Below are positions 49,811 to 63,014 of a stretch of DNA of 64,000 bases, in pieces (within the stretch, counting starts at the first letter, position 1; the number at the start of each line of letters is the position of its first letter). The DNA comes from Xylographa opegraphella (Eukaryota). Under the pieces are notes generated by a model. It worked only from the letters and a program-made list of their open reading frames with translations. It was not told the origin of the DNA and made no database searches. Made by a program: the position numbers and the translations under genes. The stretch is from NCBI GenBank assembly GCA_022813865.1, contig JALDZX010000001.1, forward strand, positions 620,001-684,000. Direction: 5' to 3'.

Positions 49811-52800
49811 ATGGGTTCGCAACCCGATGGAAGAAACTCTACCGATATTCGAGCCAGCGCAGATCCGAACGACAGTGGTAATGGCACGCGGCAGAATCTT
49901 CGAACTGCGCCCCAAGAAGATATCATAAACATGACTAACGAGAGTTCACCAGCCTCACCTGTGAATGGATATGGTGGGACAAGTCAGGACAACACTCGGG
50001 AACTGGCTATACGCGAGAAGCCTCGAGTGAACAGCAATCTCGAAGGAAAGAAGACAGCACAAAGGACTTGTAAGAAGTGCGGTGAGCAGTTGACCGGGCA
50101 GTTCGTTCGAGCCCTCGATGGCACTTTTCACCTCGACTGCTTTCGATGCCAGGTAAGTGGCCCGTGCATTAAATCTTCTCGTACTAACAAAGCCTGTGCA
50201 GGACTGCGGCCAGATAGTTGCATCCAAGTTCTTTCCTGTCGACGATGAGACTGGTCATCATCAGTATCCACTGTGCGAAACGGATTATTTCCGTCGTCTG
50301 GATCTTTTGTGCTTTAACTGCGGAGGTGCATTGCGAGGCTCATATGTTACCGCCCTGAACCGAAAATACCACATTGATCACTTTACTTGTTCCATATGCC
50401 CAACTGCCTTTGGTGCCAAAGACAGCTATTACGAGCATGATGGGGACGTGTTCTGTCATTACCATTACTCAACTCGCTTCGCGCAAAGATGCAATGGCTG
50501 TCAAACAGCCATATTAAAACAATTCGTGGAGATATACCGAAATGGACAGAACCAGCACTGGCATCCGGAGTGCTATATGATACACAAATTCTGGAATGTT
50601 CGCTTAGCAGGCGGTGCAATCGAGACTGTGGAAACTTCAGAGCAAGAGGATGACGCAACAGAGGAGAGAAGGACGCAGATACGCGAGCAGGAGGAGCAAA
50701 TGGAAGACAGAGTATACCGAATATGGAGCACCCTGTCAGCCTTCGAAGAATCATCGGCGGCTTGCATATCGGATATGCTTCTTCATGTTAGCAACGGTAC
50801 TTACGTGGACGGAGTTGTAGTAGCCAAGAGGTTTATTCGTCATGTTGATTACTTGTTTCGTGCAACAGATAGGCTGGACGAGTGTATTGTCTCTCGAGGG
50901 CTAAACGGTGACGATCTCCCCCCGTTAAACGATTCTCAAGCTTTTCTGACCCGGTTTTCAGGTCTTTCGTACGGTCGCGAAGCCAAATTGTTATGCAAAA
51001 AGATTGTGGCATTCTTTTCCCTCTTGTCCAAAACACAAGACTCTGGCGTTCGGAGACTCGGAGTTACCCAGGAACTTCTCTCCCTTGTCACAGGGTTGGC
51101 ACACTACTTGAAACTATTAATTAGAATCAGCTTACAAGGTGCGCTGAAACTTGAAAGAGAGACAGGACATACGGATGGTTTGCATGAGTTCCTTGATATC
51201 CTTGGTCACCTAGAATCCATCAAGGATTCTGACAACTCGCTGGAGTATCTAGACGACAGCTCGGGACTGGCTGCTGAAGAGGCAGATCTGTGCTATCAGT
51301 GTCGCAATCCAACCGACGACGAGTGTTTGGAAGTTGGAGCGCAGAGATGGCATCTGAAGCATCTGCAATGTGACTACTGTAACAGAGACATCGGCGATGA
51401 GCTTGGGGTGGAGGATGCCACGTGGAGCGAGAAAGAGAAGAAGGCATGGTGTCCTAAATGCACTGTCAACAATTTCCAGGCAATCGATGCTGTTACTGGT
51501 ATCGAGCACAAGTCCCGATTACAACAGTACACCTACCTTCTGCGTGTAGCGCTAGCAAGGCTGTTGTCTGTACTGAGACAAGGGGGTTCTTTACCTCATA
51601 CGTCAGGTTGGACTTTACGACAGTAACGTTAGATGAGCTTGGCTAATTTTCGTAGACGATCCAAATTTAACGAGTTACGATTCGAATGAGGGTCATCGAG
51701 TAATATCCCAGGGTATAGAACCATCTATGTTGAGCCCCGAGACACGTTCAAAATCGTATGCAGGTACATCAACCAATGACCAGGTCGGATCAAGCTACGA
51801 GCAGACGGTTGGTGAAATGAAGAGACTTCGATCGACACGAATGGACAAAACCCTATCTACGACAATCCATAGAGCACGAACCTCACGGATCATCGATGGA
51901 CCCGATGATCAGGGTATGAATCTAAACGGCCTGAGCCAGAACAAAGGTGGTTTTCATATTGTGGAAGAACGTGATAGTAATGGTGAAGCAAGAACAGACC
52001 TCACATTCGGTCATCAAGACGCGTTGACATTAGATGACATCCCGAGGATAGTCGCGGCGGAGCAAGCGAAAGAACAACGTCCAAATGCATACAAACATGC
52101 ACGAAATCAGCTTATATCAAGCGGAAGGCAGCCCAAGCTTCTCAGCGGGCATCAGCGCGATTTTACGGGTGGCAGAGAAAACGAAGGAGTTTCTCCTACC
52201 GACTATCCTGTCCAGCGGACCAAACGTTACTTTTCAGAACTTTCAGGGTTAGAGTACTTCAATGTTCGACATATTGCTGTACTTCAGATGGAGCCACTTC
52301 TGGAAGGCCACTTCAACCTGGAAGACTTGTTAGGTTTAATAGAACCCAAAAGGCCAACCTTCTGGGGCAAGTTTGGAAGGGCCTTTAAGAATGACAAGGC
52401 ACGAGGCGGGAAAAAGAAAGGTGTATTCGGTGTCGGTCTTGACGTTCTTGTCGAGAAAGACGGCGTAGAATCCACAGATGGAGTGGGACCTGGTGGGCTG
52501 AAAGTTCCTTCTCTGCTTGACGACACCATTTCCGCAATGAGACAAATGGATATGTCGGTTGAGGGCGTGTTCCGGAAGAACGGTAATATCCGTGGCTTGA
52601 AGGACTTGGCTGAGAAGATTGATGTCAAAGACGGAGAGTGCGATCTATCTAAAGAGAGCCCAGTGCAAGTCGCTGCGCTACTCAAAAAATTTCTCCGTGA
52701 ACTGCCTGATCCGCTTCTAACATTCAAGCTACATGACCTGTTTACTACATCGCAGAGTAAGTGGCTTCGTCCTTCCAACGTAATGATGCAGCTAATTTTC

Positions 52801-53643
52801 CTAGAAATCGCCGATGAAGAGAAGCGCAAACGCGTACTACACTTAACGTGCTGCCTCCTCCCTAAAAGTCATCGAGACTCTGTAGAAATACTATTCTCCT
52901 TCTTAAACTGGGCAGCTTCTTTCTCTCAAGTTGACGAGGAAACGGGAAGCAAGATGGATACTCACAATCTTGCAACAGTCATAGCACCGAACATTCTATA
53001 CTTGGACTCGAAGGAGCCTGGCATTGATCAAAGTTTCCTGGCTATCGAGGCTGTCCATATGTTGATCGACTACAATGATCAGATGTGCGAAGTATGAATT
53101 CATCCTCACTAGCATATGGGGCCTCAAACTGATAATCATTAGGTACCAGAGGATATCCAGTCAATTCTCAACGACAGCGAGGTTTTCCAAACGAACTCGG
53201 ACATTACCACAAAAGAGATTCTCAAGCGCTACGGAGACATCGTGAAAGACAAGAAGGGTTCAGGTGGAAATGGAGATGACACAGATTTGACACCAATGCG
53301 AAGTCAGGAGAGCAATGGCAACTCAAGCGGCAATACCAGGGTTGGCGCTCCTGTAATAACACGAGTAGACACGGACCCCCATCAAGTGCATGCGTGGCAA
53401 AAAGAGTCTTCTGTCCGGCATGTGGTTGGAAATGGCGGTCATACTTACACAGCTGGGTCCAACCAGAACACACCTCCACAGCATCATTTCGACTTCTCAA
53501 ATCCGAGCAGCCCATATCATCAGCGGGCGGGCAGTACTGATAGTGCGGCGAGCTACAGCACGCCAAACAGGCATAGCCATCGGCCATCTGGCTGGGGTAA
53601 AAATAGCACACCAGGTCCCATGGGTGTCACTGGTGCTGTCTGA
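49811..53643 (+). CDS. LRG1: LIM-domain Rho GTPase-activating protein; introns 50153-50201, 50908-50961, about 51608-51655, 52757-52804 and 53092-53142
   Basis: LIM motifs (CKKC..FHLDCFRCQDC, CFNC..YHIDHFTCSIC, CYQC..WHLKHLQCDYC) and a RhoGAP domain (VEGVFRKNG, AALLKKFLRELPDPLL, SKMDTHNLATVIAPNIL). Confidence 0.95.
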
Positions 53644-54507
53644 AGATTGGCACTTCAAACCGATGGGCTTGAGCTGCTTGAGCCGCTTTCGTTGGGGATT
53701 GCGTGCGTTGCACCAATCACTTTGTCGACCACATTGCAATTTCTATGTGCATACTTGCATCATTTGTGTGAGCAGGAGTTACCTTTGGCTCAGGCTTACT
53801 GAGGCCGTCATCTGCACGTCTTACAGGGAGGCATTTGGACAGCGGTGTTCTGGATACTTTTGGAGTGTTGAGTCGTTTGTCTTCAGTTGTTGATTTTGCG
53901 CTTCTTAGGTCTGGCTTGTTCCATGGATGGTATTATGAGGTATCCCGGTGCGATTCCCGTGGATGATGATTTTAATGATGGTTTGTTGAGCAAGAGGAAT
54001 ATTGGTGGAATTGTTTATAGTAAGTGGAGAGATACCAGAATTCATCATGCTGCAATGCTCCAAGCGAGGAGTCTGGCCTTTTGCAGCAGTACAGGAAACA
54101 TCTTGCTGTCTTGTGATACATCACCCCCCTGGCTCTATAGAATCTTAGAGTCGTTCAAATAAACCAAAGGCCTGATAGCACTCGTGGCTACTGCGGCGTG
54201 GAAACCTTGCTGCATCTCTGCTGCCTGAGACCCCCTTTTCGTGAGAAGTCAGGGTTACAGCATGAGTTTAGGTTGTGGGTGAATCAGCCCCCGTGAGCTA
54301 GACCTCGAAGCTCGGACCACCCAGACATGTAGCGGCTAGAGCTAGCGCACGGGCCTCAAGTAGATGCAACAGTCCTACCCAATTGTGCTACCTTGCCTTA
54401 GTGAGTTAGGTAGGTACCTATGTAACACAGTACTCTAGCTGCTTCACTTTCCATATTCACCGAGTCTATTGACCGCAAAACCCGATTGTCATTCCTCTTG
54501 TGCTCCA

Positions 54508-55704
54508 ATGGGGGTAGACGGTCCGTCCCCGAAGCCTTTGGGTCCCATCCTTGTTATTGGGGGGTGTGGCTTTTTGGGGCACAATATCGTCAAGCAGCTC
54601 CTTTCACCCCAATACTCAGCCGCTGTCTCTGTTCTTGATCTGCGTACGACCCAAAACTGCTTCCCAAACGTTGCCTACTATGACGCAGATATCACCTCAG
54701 CTGCTGCCGTCACCGATGTCTACGAAAAGGTTCGACCACAGACCATCATCCACACCGCCTCGCCAACAGTCTACGCTGACAATCCACAACCTGTTCTGTA
54801 CAAAAAGGTGAATGTGGATGGGACGCGAAATCTACTCGATCGTGCTGTTGAGATCGGTTGCGTCAAAGCCTTTATCTATACTTCCTCCGCGAGTGTTGTC
54901 CACGACGGCATTGGTGACTTGACCAATGCCTCAGAACTTTGGCCAGTGCTACGCGCCCCCATCCAACGAGAAGCCTACTCAGATACTAAGGCGGAGGCGG
55001 AAGGACTTGTTCTGGCCGCCAATAGGAAAGATACAAAGTCGAACATGTTGACTTGCTCCCTCCGGCCTGCAGCTATCTTCGGCGAGGGAGATGTGCAGAT
55101 GGTACCGGCCATGCATGTCGCATACTTGAAAGGTCAGACCGGCTTCCAGCTGGGGGTCAATGACAACATATACGATTTCACTTATGTTGGCAATATCGCC
55201 CATGCACACATCCTTGCCACGCAGGCGCTGCTCGCAACTCACGCCCGCCTTCCTTCCATACCTCTCGATCACGAGCGTGTCGATGGGGAGGCTTTTTTCA
55301 TCACGAACGGGGAGCCGATGTACTTCTGGGACTTTGCACGGACGATATGGAAATACGCCGGAGATACGAAGGAGCCACAAAAAGATGTCTGGGTTATACC
55401 GCAATCCATCGGGTTGCCAATCGCGTCCATCATTGAGTGGGCATTTTGGATCATATGGCAGGGAAAGGCGAAACCGAATCTGACGAGAAGGATCGTCAAT
55501 TACTCGTGTATGACTCGGTATTACAACATCGAAAAGGCGCGGAGGCGGTTGGGGTATGAGCCACAGGTAGATATGCATGAAGCGATTAGCAGAACGATGG
55601 AGTGGTTGAGAGGGAAGGAAGGCGGTTTGGGGAAGGAGTTGCTGCAGAAGAGGCGCCAGGAGCAGGAACCTGGCCGCAACAGGATGGCGAAGAAGGTACA
55701 GTGA
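54508..55704 (+). CDS. ERG26: C-3 sterol dehydrogenase (C-4 decarboxylating), 3-beta-HSD family
   Basis: GGCGFLG, IIHTASP, VNVDGT, YTSSASV, catalytic YSDTK, RPAAIFGEGD, DFTYVGNIAHAH, GEAFFITN and a C-terminal KKxx (KKVQ). Confidence 0.93.
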   Translation: MGVDGPSPKPLGPILVIGGCGFLGHNIVKQLLSPQYSAAVSVLDLRTTQNCFPNVAYYDADITSAAAVTDVYEKVRPQTIIHTASPTVYADNPQPVLYKKVNVDGTRNLLDRAVEIGCVKAFIYTSSASVVHDGIGDLTNASELWPVLRAPIQREAYSDTKAEAEGLVLAANRKDTKSNMLTCSLRPAAIFGEGDVQMVPAMHVAYLKGQTGFQLGVNDNIYDFTYVGNIAHAHILATQALLATHARLPSIPLDHERVDGEAFFITNGEPMYFWDFARTIWKYAGDTKEPQKDVWVIPQSIGLPIASIIEWAFWIIWQGKAKPNLTRRIVNYSCMTRYYNIEKARRRLGYEPQVDMHEAISRTMEWLRGKEGGLGKELLQKRRQEQEPGRNRMAKKVQ

Positions 55705-56740
55705 GAACAGTGGTAGCAACTGATAGCATAGAATGACTGGCTCCTTTGAACTCTGGTCAAAGCAGACCAGATTCATGAATGGGGAGCATGTAGACTGTAT
55801 AACAAGAGTCGTTGCCAGCGTTCCCCAGTCAAGGCAGTCCATTCGTACAGAGGTCTGAGTCGAACATAACGCCGAGTTTGCCCCTTTTCCGGCACCACGG
55901 AACTCGGCAAGCGACCACCCAATCACAACGTGGGTACGAAGGCCTATCCCTGTGCAACCCTGCACTTGGCCGCTCGCGCATCCGCTTCGCTGCTTTGAGC
56001 CTCAATCCAACGGCTATCCGGATTTCTTTCCCCGCCCGCAATCGACGTCCTTGTGGTGTGATACCGATTTCTCCTAAGCATTGTTTACAGAAGGCGATAT
56101 ACCGTTCAAGGCACGAATGTGCTTCACAAAACACTAAAAGACGAGCCTTAAGCGGAGATGATGCCGGCGCAAATCTAGGTACGTGATTTCGCCGGCCTGA
56201 GAATGCACTGGACCGTCAACCCGCTGTCGTCTACAGGTTGTAGACGAGAGACTTTACGAGTACTGTCCAGGGAGTAATTTCTATATGTGTTCTGGCTGCT
56301 TAGATGCTGCCTTTGTCCATGCTGCTATTCTGTCTAATTCTGCATCCCCACGGCTGCATCCATAAATGTTATCTTCCGCCAGGATTGACCTGGGACCTAT
56401 ACATGTACAATGTAATCTTTTTATTGCTGAGCGAACCTGCCAGCTGCGAGTCTGCAGCAGGGCTTAGTCGACTTCGCTGACAGCTTTCCCGTAGGGAGGA
56501 TCAACGTGACAGCGGAGGGCGAGACTATCACACCACTGACGTTGAGCGAATCCGATACACCGATAAGAGTTCCCGATTTACCTAGGAACACAAAGCCAAT
56601 GCTATATGTGGCACCTACCAATAGGATTGTTTTTGATTCGCGCTGGCTTCGAACAGTCCGATATTACTCTTATTACGACTATCTTGCTAGTCTTTGTGAT
56701 CCGACCTCTTTAGAACTCTCTAAGCATATAAAATGCCATC

Positions 56741-58610
56741 ATGCCAGTCATGGCAACGCCCTCCATGACTGTACAAACCGTTAGAGGTACAAAAACTAGG
56801 ACAGGCTGCATCACCTGCAAGGTAACGCTTTTCCAGCACAAGCTGCCTTAGCAGACTCATATTACTACTAAGGACTGCTCTAATGGAACGCAGGTACGGC
56901 GCATCAAATGTGATGAGAAGAGACCCGCCTGTGCTAGATGTACTAGTACTGTACGTATACCTAGTACCTCTACCTCGTGATTCAATTATTTGAAATCCAC
57001 ATCTACGCTCCGAGAGGCGGTTAATTAGCACGGAATGAATAAATTTTGTCTTAGACTCAAATTCGAGGCTCGAAGAGAAAGGCTGACTCCATTTTTTTGC
57101 AATTCAGGGTCGTTCCTGCGATGGATATCAGCGGCAACACCCCCAATATCTGACGACACGTATGGCTTATAACAGCCGTCTTCCTACCCACGAGATTGCG
57201 ATTCATTCTCGTGGCTCCCTCAAGAGTAGCTCGGAAAATAACGAGAACATAAAGCCATTTCATGATACGACAGACCTCTCTACACATCAGCTATCACGGC
57301 CGCTTTCTCCTACTCCTGTCGAAGAGGTACACGACCTTCGTTATATCGAGTTCTTCCGCCTCTGTAGCTTACCATCGCTTTGGGGTGCACCTGCAATGGA
57401 CTGGGAATGGTCTCGAATGATTCTTGCGGCTAGCATTGCGGAGCCTAGCCTACGACACGCAGTGCTGGCTTTCGCTTCTCTTCACGAGAAATTTTTCAAG
57501 GCTGGCCCTTCAGTCCAAATCGTTGAGCCCGACGGCTTTGTGTTGCAAAACTACAACCGCGCTATTGGAGAATTGAGCACAAATCTTAAGGCTGCCAACC
57601 AGCCCACCGACTTAATTCTGATGGTCTGCCTGATGTTCATTGGCAACGAGCTCCTGCAGGGTAATAATAGCTCTGCTTACGTTCATCTGAACTGCGGCCT
57701 AAAGATCATCCGCAGCAGAAATGCTCGTGTAAAACCGGGCTTTCCGGGCGTTGTCACTATCGAGCAGATCTTCCAACGTTTGCATACTCATACAGTATCC
57801 TATCTCGGAATTGCAAATATCTCAAACAGTCCAGTCGTCCAGCTTTGTGACCCTGTTTCAGAAGACCTAAGGGAATTTCGCAAACTACGCGAGGCTGGCG
57901 AGGGCCTTCATATCATAATGTCCCGGATGTATAAATTTCTGCAGCAGTATGCTTATCTCAAAACTTCGCCAACCCCGATCTCTGCACCAGTCGTTGCCAC
58001 TATTGACCGCGATAACCAAGAAGACCTCTTGCACCAATGGTTCACAGCTTATACGGCACTCTTGAAGCGCGAACAGGGAAATCTGAAGCCCGGTGAGCTA
58101 TACTATTCTATCCAGCTTCATGTTTTAGCGAGGACTGTTTCTGTGATGCTCGCGACAAGTCTTGATTACGAGGAGACCACATATGACAGATTCGAGTCTG
58201 TCTTTTCAGACCTTCTCAAACCGATCTCTGCTCTTGTGGAAGCGGAGATTAGGGCTGGGTTGCGATTGAACTTCTCGGCTCAAGTCCCCATCGACCAGCC
58301 ACTTTACATGATTGCGACCAAGTGCCGCCAACCTTCTATACGGCGGGAGGCCGTTGCGCTTCTGGAGAAAGTCAAAACTCGGCACGGACTTTGGGATGCA
58401 CTGGTCATGGCAAAGGTCGCCCGAAGACTAATCGAGATCGAGGAAGGTATGGCATACGTCCGGTCATCGGCGGATATCTTGGAGAGTAAGCGTGCACATT
58501 GTGTGGATCTCACGGTGGAGCGTCGGGAGCAACGCTTTCAGATTCGATATAGGAGGTGTGACGAACATGAATATGACTGGGTCTGGGAGGAGGAGTCACA
58601 TTCCTGGTGA
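56741..58610 (+). CDS. Zn(II)2Cys6 transcription factor; exons 56741-56821, 56894-56950, 57108-58610
   Basis: Spliced binuclear cluster RTGCITCK|VRRIKCDEKRPACARCTST|GRSCDGY; C-terminal region with SLRHAVLAFASLHE and KCRQPSIRREAVALL..GLWD. Confidence 0.92.
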
Positions 58611-59569
58611 CAGTTTGGTGTGACACACTTGGACGTTCTCAAATACCCTTATCGTTGGATGAAGCAATGACTCGAGTTTCAGTCAAGGTTGGAGAGCCTT
58701 TGCACGGCAATACTTATTTAGGTCTGATACAGAGATACGGAGTCAGAGTTTCGTCAGATACCCTGCAGGTTTCGTGGAATCGCATACATGATTCATTTCG
58801 ATAATCTTTTGCCTTAAAAGCACGAAGTACGCCATTTCAAACTATGCTATCACTAAATATTGGGTGAGAGATTCAAAAGGACCTCTACAATTCAGTCCTC
58901 ATGAACGAGATCCTTGACGTTCAATGAAGCTAAATTGAACCATGACAACCAACAATGGACCTTCACTTTCGCACGTGGGCGTGCTTTCAACTGTACTCGT
59001 TGCGGCTTTCATTGTCATTCACTGCTCCATCTAATGTTGTCGCCTGTCCATTGTTGGAGATAGTGTACTGATGAGATCTCTCTTAACTACGGTAATATAA
59101 AAATACGAATGACACATTGGCCATAGTATGACGCCTCCAGATTACTGAGGGGTAGGATATTCGTTCATTAATGCACGGTGCGAGTATGTAGGCTCAGTTC
59201 TGTGTAAATGTCTGACTAGGTCGTTCGGACTGTGTTTGGTGCATGTATCGGTGCCTCTATATTCAGACACAATATCGGCCAGGTGCCTAATATCGAGTAC
59301 GGTTTGATTGGCTGCAACATCCCACAAAAGGAGAGCTGGCAAGCGTCGGGGAGATGACGCTAAAGGTCGTTGGCTCGTAAGGCTGCAGCGTTGAGAACCT
59401 GGGATGATTCAGCTGGGGCTTTCAGTTGTATTTCGCCTCAGTCGTAGAAATGCAACAATGAGTCAAGCTCCTACTCTACATCAATATAGTTCAAGCTGTG
59501 CGACGCTTCTGTCGTGGTCGCCAGCCAGAAATCTTCCTCAACCGTCCAGTTGATCCCCGCATTGCAACC

Positions 59570-61293
59570 ATGTCAGACAAGGCTATCCTACGCATCACGC
59601 GGGTAAGTCTCTCTTTGGACGGGCATGCGCCTGGAATTTGCATTATACATGGTGAGAGCGTTGCTCACAATGCCTAGGAGATAGGTGGAATCCAGCGCAA
59701 CAACACAGATCTTTGTCCGTAGCATGACTGACATAATGCGTCTCCGTGCTAACGGCAACAGCGATCGCGGTAGCATGTCATGATAGCGATGTCCGCAACG
59801 TCAAGGCTTTGATCATTGGCCCTTCTGAGACCCCGTATGAATTCGGTTTCTTTGAGGTAAAGTCGAAAAGCTTACATCGTGGGACATCCACTGAACCTTT
59901 CATGCAGTTTGCTGTCAAGTTTCCTCAAGGTACCGTCAGCATCTTGTATATTGCTGGAGCCAAGCTGAATCGATGATAGATTATCCTGACAAGGCGCCGT
60001 CTGTCACGGCAACAACTACCAACGGCGGTCGCTGCCGGTTCAATCCCAACATCTACTCGCAAGGAAAAGTTTGCTTGTATGTCTCGTAAGCGAATGACGG
60101 TCAAGCTTACGATTGCTAAACAGGCAACAGGTCCATTCTGGGGTAAGCCTCATCGTCTGCTTGTGAGCTGTAGTTGTCCAAACTCACGGCGTGTAGAACA
60201 TGGAGAGGCGAACGAGGCGAGGAGTGGTCTTCTGCTCAAGGCCTAGAGTCTATCCTGATCTCTATACAAAGCCTCATGTCTTCCAACCCCTATGAAAACG
60301 AGCCAGGATACGAAACCGCTCGTTCGGCAGAGGACAAGAAGAACATCAAGAACTATGTTGCCAAGGTAGTGGTGGCCAAGGCCTGGCTTTTGGCGGAAGT
60401 TGCTAAATATTGCCTAGATTCGTCACGAGACACTGCGCATCTCGATCATTACTCGGCTCGAAGGCTATCTTGGAATTTATGCCGATGGCTCAGTTGCAGA
60501 GCCTCCCTCTGTATATCCGATAGAAAGACCCGAATTTGATGAAGATATTGAGGAACCTAATCCTACTTTCGAGCCATTCGAGGATCTTTGTAAACGGCGC
60601 TTTCTCTGGTACTATGACTCTTACCTTCTCTCTATTGACGCAGCGGCAAAACAGCATGTTGTGAGCGAAGCCTTCAAAATTATGCCCTTTGAGGGTGGCA
60701 ACAATACTATGAACGGAACTTATAACTATCCTGAACTGCGACGCCGGATCACCTTGGTCCGTCGCGTTCTCGATGATGAAACAGCCCGTTGGGCCGCGGA
60801 GGGGCAAGTCCTCGTTGACATGGACACATCTATCGCGTCCAATCTGAAGCGGCAATTTGAACAGCTCATCGAGGTGTACAAGAAGAATGATATGGTGACC
60901 CTCGACATCGATCTTGTACACTCCGGGAATCCCTTTACATGGCTACTTACGTATTTCGGTCGACCCATGACACAGCTGGATGGCGGCATGTTCAAGATCC
61001 GCGTCTCGATCAGTCCGCGCTTCCCGGACGAGCAGCCTCGAGTCACCTTCGAGACACCCCTCTTCCACCACCGGATTGCAAAGGATGGCACATTATGCTA
61101 CTTCGCCAAGCGGCCGGATGATCTTCATTCTCATATAGAAGCCATCGTCGAGGCCATCGAAGACGAGCATCCCCCGTATGATCCGCGCACACTCGTCAAT
61201 TCGGAAGCATCCAAGTTATTTTGGGGGTCCGAAGCGGATAAGAAGTTATATAATCGTCAACTCCGCCGAGCAGTACAAAGGAGCATGGATTAA
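59570..61293 (+). CDS. Ubiquitin-conjugating enzyme E2, UBE2Z-like, with a second UBC-like domain; 8 exons
   Basis: AILRITRE, ALIIGPSETPYEFGFFEF, RFNPNIYSQGKVCL|SILG|TWRGE, LESILISIQSLMSSNPYENEPG. Seven GT-AG introns traced in frame. Confidence 0.92.
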
Positions 61294-61813
61294 GGGATCC
61301 TAGCTTACGCACACAGGCAGTCGGGCGTTAAACGAATGGGTCTAGGCGTTGAGCGGCGACAGACATAAATAAGGTTACGGAATGCACAAAATGAAGAAAT
61401 GCCTCCTGTATCTCTTTTTAGCGTGGTTTTTAGTGCTGAGCAGTGATGAATCTGATATGGGAGATACCCCGTCATTTTCGGCAAACGAGCGCGAGTACCC
61501 AAGGACGTACATACATACCTGGCCGAGCATCTTCTCGTGGTAGTACAGCATGCGAGAAGTACCCCGTGGGTTTCCATCCTATGCAGCTGGGGTGTGACGT
61601 GCTGTGATTATTGCCGTGACAGCCAGAGAATTACATTGCACGATCAAACAGGGAATTATAGATGGTCCCTGAAATGCTTCTCGTGGTCTGTCCAGAGATA
61701 GAGGATGGATATCGTACCCTCGATAATGATGGAATGCTTATGGCTTTGGTGGTAAAGGGGTGGTATTGATCGCCATCGCCGGGTAGGTAAAAATTGTCCA
61801 CTCAATGTTTCCG

Positions 61814-61871
61814 ACGCGATTTCAGAACGCGTCTAAAGTTACGTCACCTATATTATCGCTACTTTCACGTG
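61814..61871 (+). promoter_or_regulatory. MCB-like elements (ACGCGA 61814, ACGCGT 61827) and CACGTG (61866) upstream of the AlkB gene
   Basis: Motifs read directly, about 75-130 nt upstream of ATG 61944. MluI cell-cycle boxes are typical of fungal DNA replication and repair promoters. Confidence 0.5.
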
Positions 61872-61943
61872 CTGTCTGTGGTGGAAAGTACAGAACAATG
61901 TGGGAATAGAGCGTCTGCTAGCTGATCTCAACTTACAGCAGAC

Positions 61944-63014
61944 ATGTCCAAGAAGCGGACTCTTGACAGCTTTTTCCAAGCTTCGTCCCCCAAAAGAGCC
62001 CGCCTCGTGAATGACAGCCACGCGCCTAAAGTAGAGCAGACACCAGAGGCGATTGTCAGAGGCGATGTCCCCAGTTCAAATCATCCAACCTATCCTTATC
62101 CCATACCGCACTTCCCATTGCACCTTACCAACGCCTTGGTCGAAGTTCCCGCTGCTGACGGCAAGGAGATCAACGACAAGCCAGACCTTGACCTGCTTTA
62201 TTTCCAGCCATTTATACCAAAGAACGTTGAGCGAGATTTGTTTGACTTTCTAAGGCAAGAATTGTTTTTCTATAGAGTCCAGTACACGATCAAAAGAGGC
62301 CCCACGGAGACGCAAATCAACACGCCTCGATAGTAAGTCACCGCGAAGTCAGCTGGACCGTGATTTTAACCTCTCGCCAGCACCACAGTGTTTGGAGTAG
62401 ATGAGACATCCGTCTTCGGTCCTGATGGTTCCCTTCTCGACGCCCAGTCCTTGAAGCCGGTGGCCAAGGATCGCTACCGCACATGCAAGCCACGCCCTAT
62501 CCCGCACTGTTTAGATGAGCTCCGCAAGATCACGGAAGTCTTCACGTCCTGCACGTTCAATTTCTGTCTCGTCAACTACTACGCCTCTGGGGCGGATAGC
62601 ATATCCTACCACAGTGACGACGAGCGCTTTCTGGGACACAATCCCGCCATTGCATCCTTCTCTTTAGGCGCGAAGCGTGATTTCTTGATGAAGCACAAGC
62701 CCTTGCCGCCGGGCATTCAAGATCCAGCGCCGAGTGCAACGCTGTTGAAACTACCGCTGGCAAGCGGTGACATGGTTCTTATGCGAGGACCCACGCAGTC
62801 GAACTGGCTGCACAGTATACCTAAGCGGAAAGGCGGAGAGAGCGAAAGAGGTCGGATCAACATTACGTTTAGGAAAGCCCTGGTTCGAGGAGGGACTGAG
62901 AACTACTACCAGTACAACGTTGGGAGCGGTGACATTTGGCGATGGGACGCAAAGCTTAGGGAGATGAGACCATGGACGAAGCCCACAATACAAACAGAGC
63001 CATCCGCTCGATAG
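61944..63014 (+). CDS. AlkB-family 2OG-Fe(II) dioxygenase (ALKBH2/3-like); exons 61944-62332 and 62381-63014
   Basis: FNFCLVNYYASGADSISYHSDDE (HxD), IASFSLGAKRDF, WLHSIPKR, RINITFR and an N-terminal KKRTLDSFF. Confidence 0.93.

Noticed and set aside
54508..58610. ERG26 plus the adjacent Zn2Cys6 factor as a sterol or secondary-metabolite cluster
   Set aside because: No other pathway or backbone genes nearby; adjacency alone is not evidence.
62331..62333. Apparent premature TAG in the AlkB gene (candidate A-to-I-edited stop)
   Set aside because: The TA|GTAAGT intron donor splits it; after splicing the codon is TAC (Tyr).
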